Source: Eledone cirrhosa (lineage: Eukaryota). From it: 64,000 bases of DNA. This document shows, in pieces, positions 58,884-64,000 of this stretch. The notes under the pieces were generated by a model. That model had not been told where the DNA came from. It made no database searches and saw nothing but the letters and a program-made list of their open reading frames with translations. The first letter of the stretch is position 1, and each line of letters opens with the position of its first letter. The translations under genes and the position numbers were made by a program. The DNA lies in contig OZ024752.1 of the NCBI GenBank assembly GCA_964016885.1, positions 10,850,001-10,914,000 of the forward strand. The letters are read 5' to 3'.

Positions 58884-60412
58884 ATAATTTTATGATAAAT
58901 AATAAACATTTTCCGCATACTGGTATGTTTTTCAATAGAGGAAATATTTAATTGTGCTAATGCGGAGGGTGAGATCTCACCAGAATGGCAGCAAGAGAAA
59001 AGAATATAGGTTGATAATGTAAACAATGCACAAGGCAAATAGCTTACTGGGAAGCCAAGTCAACATATACTGTATAAATAGAAAGGAAAGTTTTGTGCAA
59101 TACATTTCACTGATGCAGTCAGATAATCACGCGTAGAGGATGTGTGAGCTGTCGTTTCGTACCCCAGAAATTTAACTAATTACCTACATACTAAGCATCT
59201 GAAAGCGACGCATGGAAAGAAAATGTATAGTTGATTAAACTCTAGTCTTTGACAAGACATTTTTTATCGAACAGAAAGGCGGGATTAAATTTCTCAGGGT
59301 TTAGATCTGAACAAAAGCTATCTAGGAATGCACACACCGCAATTGGTTTGTGCATTCCTACGTGAGAATTATATAAAAATAAATCCGTTGTTTTAATTCC
59401 TACTTAATGTACCGAAGCTCTACTGTCGTATCAATTTACACAAATGACACCTGATATGTACCTTTAGATTTTTGTTAAAATGAGTCAGCCATGAAGTTAA
59501 TAGACTCCTTCTCTGTTTCCAATATAAAATTGTTCAGTCACACATCAAATTCTACAAATTCCAAAAATGTGTTACATTTTTAGAGTGTGTTACATTTATA
59601 GAGTAGCTCCTTAATGATGGAGGTATAAAAAGCCAAAGGCATTTAATCGAGGTGACAGCAAACATATTAGGTTTTCCTGTACCATTAGAAATCATCTACT
59701 ACAATACAGAATTCCAGCGCTGCCGACATGAAAAACAAAGGAAAACAATTCACCGATTCCTATATCTATATAGGAAGTATTTTCTTTCTCTCCTGTTCCC
59801 TTTTGGCATTAGATCAGTGATATTAGTGTTATTATCTCTATTGTTTTAGATATGATCAGACATTCTAAATTTCCTTCAGAGTTATGTTTCCTATAATCGT
59901 ATTTATTCTGATCTTATGGCGATTAGTTCTGTACCAGTGGCTCCAAATTATCCTGTAACATTCAGATGGTGGGATGTAATATCTTGCTCTATTTAACATA
60001 AAGAATAAAGACCATAAGACGTAATATGTTGTGTTCGTTAATCTAATCGCTCGGCATTCTCAATACAGTTCATGTTCGGATCCACTTGCTATTTTTCCTT
60101 TATAAAATATCTAGCAGCTTTTGAGATTGATATAGACGATGGAACCGCTTCCAACAGCATTTTAATTTCGTGCATATAATATATATCTTTATTGTGTTAT
60201 CTTCAATATTGTTATGTTACAGATACGGTAGAATAGTTTTTGCTTCGAGTTACAACCCTGCCAAATTTAATCTTACCTTTATTTCTTTGTAGTCATGAAA
60301 ATTATTTCTAGTCAAATACTAGAGTTAATTAAATCAACTATACCTATCCTTCCAGAAATGTGTGACCAAGCATCTCTTTCTGATATGGTTAGTATGTACA
60401 TAACTTGAAAAT

Positions 60413-60632
60413 AATGGTTTCTTATATAGGCACAAGGGCAGAAATTTTGGGGGGAGGGGGAAGTTGATTAAATCAACCCCAGTGCATGACTGCTACTTTA
60501 TTTTACCGACCCCGTAAGGATGAAAGGCAAAGTTAACCTCGGCGGGATTTGAACTCAGATCATAAAGGACCGTAACTCTATGCTGCAAAGCATGGCGTCC
60601 GACCCTCTACCGATAATGCCTATCCACTGCCC
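60413..60632 (-). mobile_element. SINE, long form, with TSD
   Basis: TSD tacataacttg(a/c)aaataatg at 60397 and 60633. Confidence 0.92.
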
Positions 60633-60777
60633 TACATAACTTGCAAATAATGTTCATGTGGCATTATATTTTGCTTTGATGTTGATCGATGAAATGTACT
60701 TAAAAATTATGTAAGTTTGATTTTAATGTCATATCCATAGAAAATTATTGTTTTAGATGTAGCTACTATTTCTGAAT

Positions 60778-60960
60778 AGGGGGCCAATTGGCAGAGTATA
60801 TAGCACGTTGGATTTAATGATTTATGCTATTTGTTCCAGCACTCTGCTCCCTGAGTTCAAATCCCGTCGAGGTCAACTTTGCCTCCCATCCTTTCGAGGT
60901 CGATAAACAGGTATCAATCTAGTACTGGGGTCGATTCTTCCTTTATACCTCTCTCCACAG
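60778..60960 (+). mobile_element. Older, diverged SINE relative
   Basis: gagttcaaatcccgtcgaggtcaactttgcctcccatcctttcgaggtcgataaa. Confidence 0.75.
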
Positions 60961-61700
60961 TTTCTGTCTTTCTCTGGAAAAAAATCTGCTGTATTCAGTA
61001 CTGGAGAGGGATGGGCTTTGTCAGGCTTAAAATGCCCAAGAAACGCCATATGTAATTACGACTCTATCAGGAGTTATGGGACCAAGGATATATACTATTT
61101 CTGAACATCCGACAGCAAGAGGATGTTTTTATACTTATTCACAATATTAAGTTATGTTTGTTGTAAAGCATCAGATTAAATTTATGTTCAGTTCAGAAGA
61201 ATTGAGATATCCAAACATGAGCAGTAGTGTTTTTTTAAGAATATAATTTTCAGAGTATTTCATAACACATTACGTAAATATACTAAACTTACTTTGATTA
61301 TGATAATTCTGATACGCCTCTATCTCTGATCAGTTGTCATATTCTCCAGTGGATAAAAAAAAAATGCAAGATTAGATTTGCACTCAGAAAGTTTATTTCA
61401 TAACTGAAGAAATAAATTTCTCTTAGATTATACAACAAAAATAGCCAAGATCTGATCTCTTTCTAATCCCACCTGTAATATTATTTAATATAGCCTTATA
61501 GATTCCGAAAGGATAACACATTATATATTTTAGTTCTATTTTATGTTTGAATATACGGTGAGTTGTGTATGATTAAATAATTTGAAGGATAGTTCCGCTT
61601 TACTAGCCCTGACCTATCAACATCACTGAAATCTATTAAAAATTTACCAATTGCATAGTAGCTAATACCGCTATTATCATTTAAGTAAAAATATCCTTAA

Positions 61701-61921
61701 CCCTTTAGAATTTAAACCGGCCATATCCGGCCAAAAGTCTCTCACCTCGTTCTGTTCAAACCTGCTGTAACCAGCTACTCATACTGATATTAAGTTATTG
61801 TTCTCAAAATAAATAATATCAAAATCACCTAGATTCGATATTATGTGAGATAATTATGTAAGTTACATTCTTTACTGTGAAAATACAATAGTATATATAG
61901 AGTAATGTAAATGGTAAAGGG
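61701..61921. mobile_element. piggyBac-type MITE, 221 bp
   Basis: TTAA-CCCTTTA ... TAAAGGG-TTAA: short TIRs starting CCC with a TTAA duplication. Confidence 0.75.
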
Positions 61922-62017
61922 TTAATGAATCCAAACTACTCCCATTTGCGCAGCCATATATAAATCATGTAATAGCGATTGAAGTCAAGCCAGATGAAAA
62001 AGTCTTGTGGATTTAGA

Positions 62018-62237
62018 TAATAGTTTCTTATATAGGCACAACGCCAGCAATTTGGGGAAAGGGAAAGCCGATTAAATCGACTCCAGTGCGTGACTGGTAC
62101 TTTATTTAATCGACCCCGTAAGGATGAAAGGCAAAGTTAACCTCGGCGGGATTTGAACTCAGACCTTAAAGAACCGTAACTCTATGCTTCAAAGCATGAT
62201 GTCCGAGCCTCTACCGATACTGCCAATACACCGCCCT
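62018..62237 (-). mobile_element. SINE, long form
   Basis: Family sequence. Confidence 0.9.
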
Positions 62238-62367
62238 CTTTTGTAGACTTAGATGAGGCAATATGCTTCATATTTAAAGATTATGCCAATGATCTAATTT
62301 AATTTAATCATACTAGCTGCAACATAACATAATCATACGTTATGGAAATCTATTATGTAATGATATC

Positions 62368-62750
62368 TTCTATAAGTACAAGGCCAGCAATTTCGGGGAG
62401 ACGTCGATTCAATCGAGCCCAGTGCATTACTGATGCTTGATTTTATCGAACCCGTAAGAATGAAACACAAAGCTAACGTGGGTGCGATTCGAAATCAGAA
62501 CGTAAACGGCCGTAACTCTAGTTACACTGCATGGTATCCGACGCTCCACCGATACTGCCTATCATATAATTATTTCTACTTTAGGCACAAGGCCAGCAAT
62601 TACCCAATGCATTACTGGTACTTTATTTTATCGACCCCGTAAGGATGAAAGGCAAAGTTAACCTCGGCGGTATTTGAACTCAGACTGTAAAGGGACGTAA
62701 CTATGCTAGAAAGCATGGTGTCTGACGCTCTACCTATTCTGCCAATCTAT
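62368..62750 (-). mobile_element. Two adjacent SINE copies (diverged 62368-62560; short form 62568-62750)
   Basis: Family sequence twice; the second copy is flanked by ctat..atcatataat repeats. Confidence 0.8.
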
Positions 62751-63027
62751 ATCATATAATACTCTATTCTAACAGTGGGTCAAGGATATATAAGTGGTGG
62801 GAGGTGAAAGTCGATTGTAGCCGCCCCAGTAATTCACTGATTACTACGATGTGATTCAAACTCGGAATCTAAGGAAGAGTAAATTATATTTGCCGAGGCC
62901 ACAGAAATTCTGACAATCCCACGTTTTATCTTAATTCACCAACAGAATCTTTGTGGATCTTTCCTGATTATGTCCTCTAAATGAAACATTTCTAGCTATG
63001 TAGAAGCCATTTCTATATTACACACAG

Positions 63028-63074
<47 letters not shown>

Positions 63075-63144
63075 AAGTTGTTAAACAATATTCGATGATT
63101 AAATATTAACCATATAACATCTCAGGGTATGTCATGTATCATTA

Positions 63145-63199
63145 TATTTTGTCTGATGAGGACGTACTGTTGTACATCTGAAATATGTATAATAAAATG
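63145..63199 (+). ncRNA. Type I hammerhead, intact core
   Basis: tattttgt-CTGATGA-g-gacgtac-tgtt-gtacatc-t-GAAA-tatgta-TA-ataaaatg. The terminus is shared with 45470-45515. Confidence 0.78.
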
Positions 63200-63249
63200 T
63201 AATTGATCAAAAGGACATCTATTTTATTAATACTTATATTTTAATATAT

Positions 63250-63304
<55 letters not shown>

Positions 63305-63343
63305 GAACAAAGAATCAGCGTTGCATCATATGCGTATTTATAA

Positions 63344-63433
63344 CATATTACATATGTTCCACTGTCGATCAGCTCAAGGAACGATCTATTAATGATCGAA
63401 TCTAACTCTGGAATCGGAAGCTCCTCAGATATG
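63344..63433 (-). ncRNA. Hammerhead with 61-nt stem II, GGAA in place of GAAA
   Basis: Minus strand: catat-CTGAGGA-[61 nt including cgatc/gatcg hairpin]-GGAA-catatg-TA-atatg. Confidence 0.6.
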
Positions 63434-63469
63434 GTTTAATATGCAGGCTCGCGTCAGATACACACATAT

Positions 63470-63505
<36 letters not shown>

Positions 63506-63506
63506 G

Positions 63507-64000
63507 CGAAGTGTGTCAGAAAGGTTCCAGGACTGACGTCACAAAATATTTATTTCAAACCCAAACTTCACACTAAGAGTTTTCACCTTCAAAGTAATCC
63601 CCTTGGAGTATGTAACTGTAATCTTAGCTCTCTGCAGCGATCAAACTATTTTCTTCATAATGTTATATACATACATGTCCTCTGTTTCAGGTCGTCAAGC
63701 AATGAGCACAGAGCAACGAACAAACTTGAAAACTCCGTCAGAAGCACTGGGATTGCTGCAGCAAGTGTATGGAGATGAGACGATGTCACGCTCACGTGTT
63801 TTTGAGTGGTGCAAGAGGTCTAAAGAAGGACGCGAGAACGGAGAAGATGACTCCAGGAGCCGAAGGCCCTCAACAACCAGGACTGAGGTCAACGTTGAGC
63901 GCGTCAGGCAGATGGTGCGTAGCGATCGTCAGCTGACTGTTCGACTGATGGCAAATGAGCTGGGCATGAATCGGGACAGCGTCTGGAAGATTCTCACTGA
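63507..64000 (+). mobile_element. Mariner transposon 5' end; transposase runs off the window
   Basis: ATG at 63702 opens MSTEQRTNLKTPSEALGLLQQVYGDETMSRSRVFEWCKRSKEGRE..EDDSRSRRPST (mariner N-terminal HTH, apparently with a short deletion). TIR-like cgaagtgtgtcagaaaggttccaggactg follows the TA run. Confidence 0.9.

Overview
AT-rich, repeat-saturated eukaryotic DNA, most likely from an octopod cephalopod (inferred from the recurring tRNA-derived SINE, recalled from memory rather than searched). I can support no host protein-coding gene, and nearly all listed ORFs are (TA)n/(CA)n translation artefacts. The window holds about a dozen SINE copies (several with clean TSDs), decayed Penelope-like retroelements (PLEs; RT and C-terminal GIY-YIG fragments of at least two types), a 5'-truncated CR1-group LINE, Tx1- and RTE-like remnants, a non-autonomous Helitron, a piggyBac-type MITE, a mariner 5' end, a 41-bp minisatellite and very long interrupted (TA)n arrays. 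The main result is a dense set of roughly 20 type I hammerhead ribozyme (HHR) motifs, folded by eye, in small PLE-end insertions inside (TA)n tracts. They include HHRs whose stem II is expanded into an 80-115 nt structured domain with compensatory changes, HHRs with a U3-A8 core in place of C3-G8, and a ~466-bp non-coding tandem HHR unit resembling a retrozyme. Most of these insertions are head-to-head pairs, consistent with priming from both ends of a broken (TA)n tract. No folding software, database search or activity data were available.
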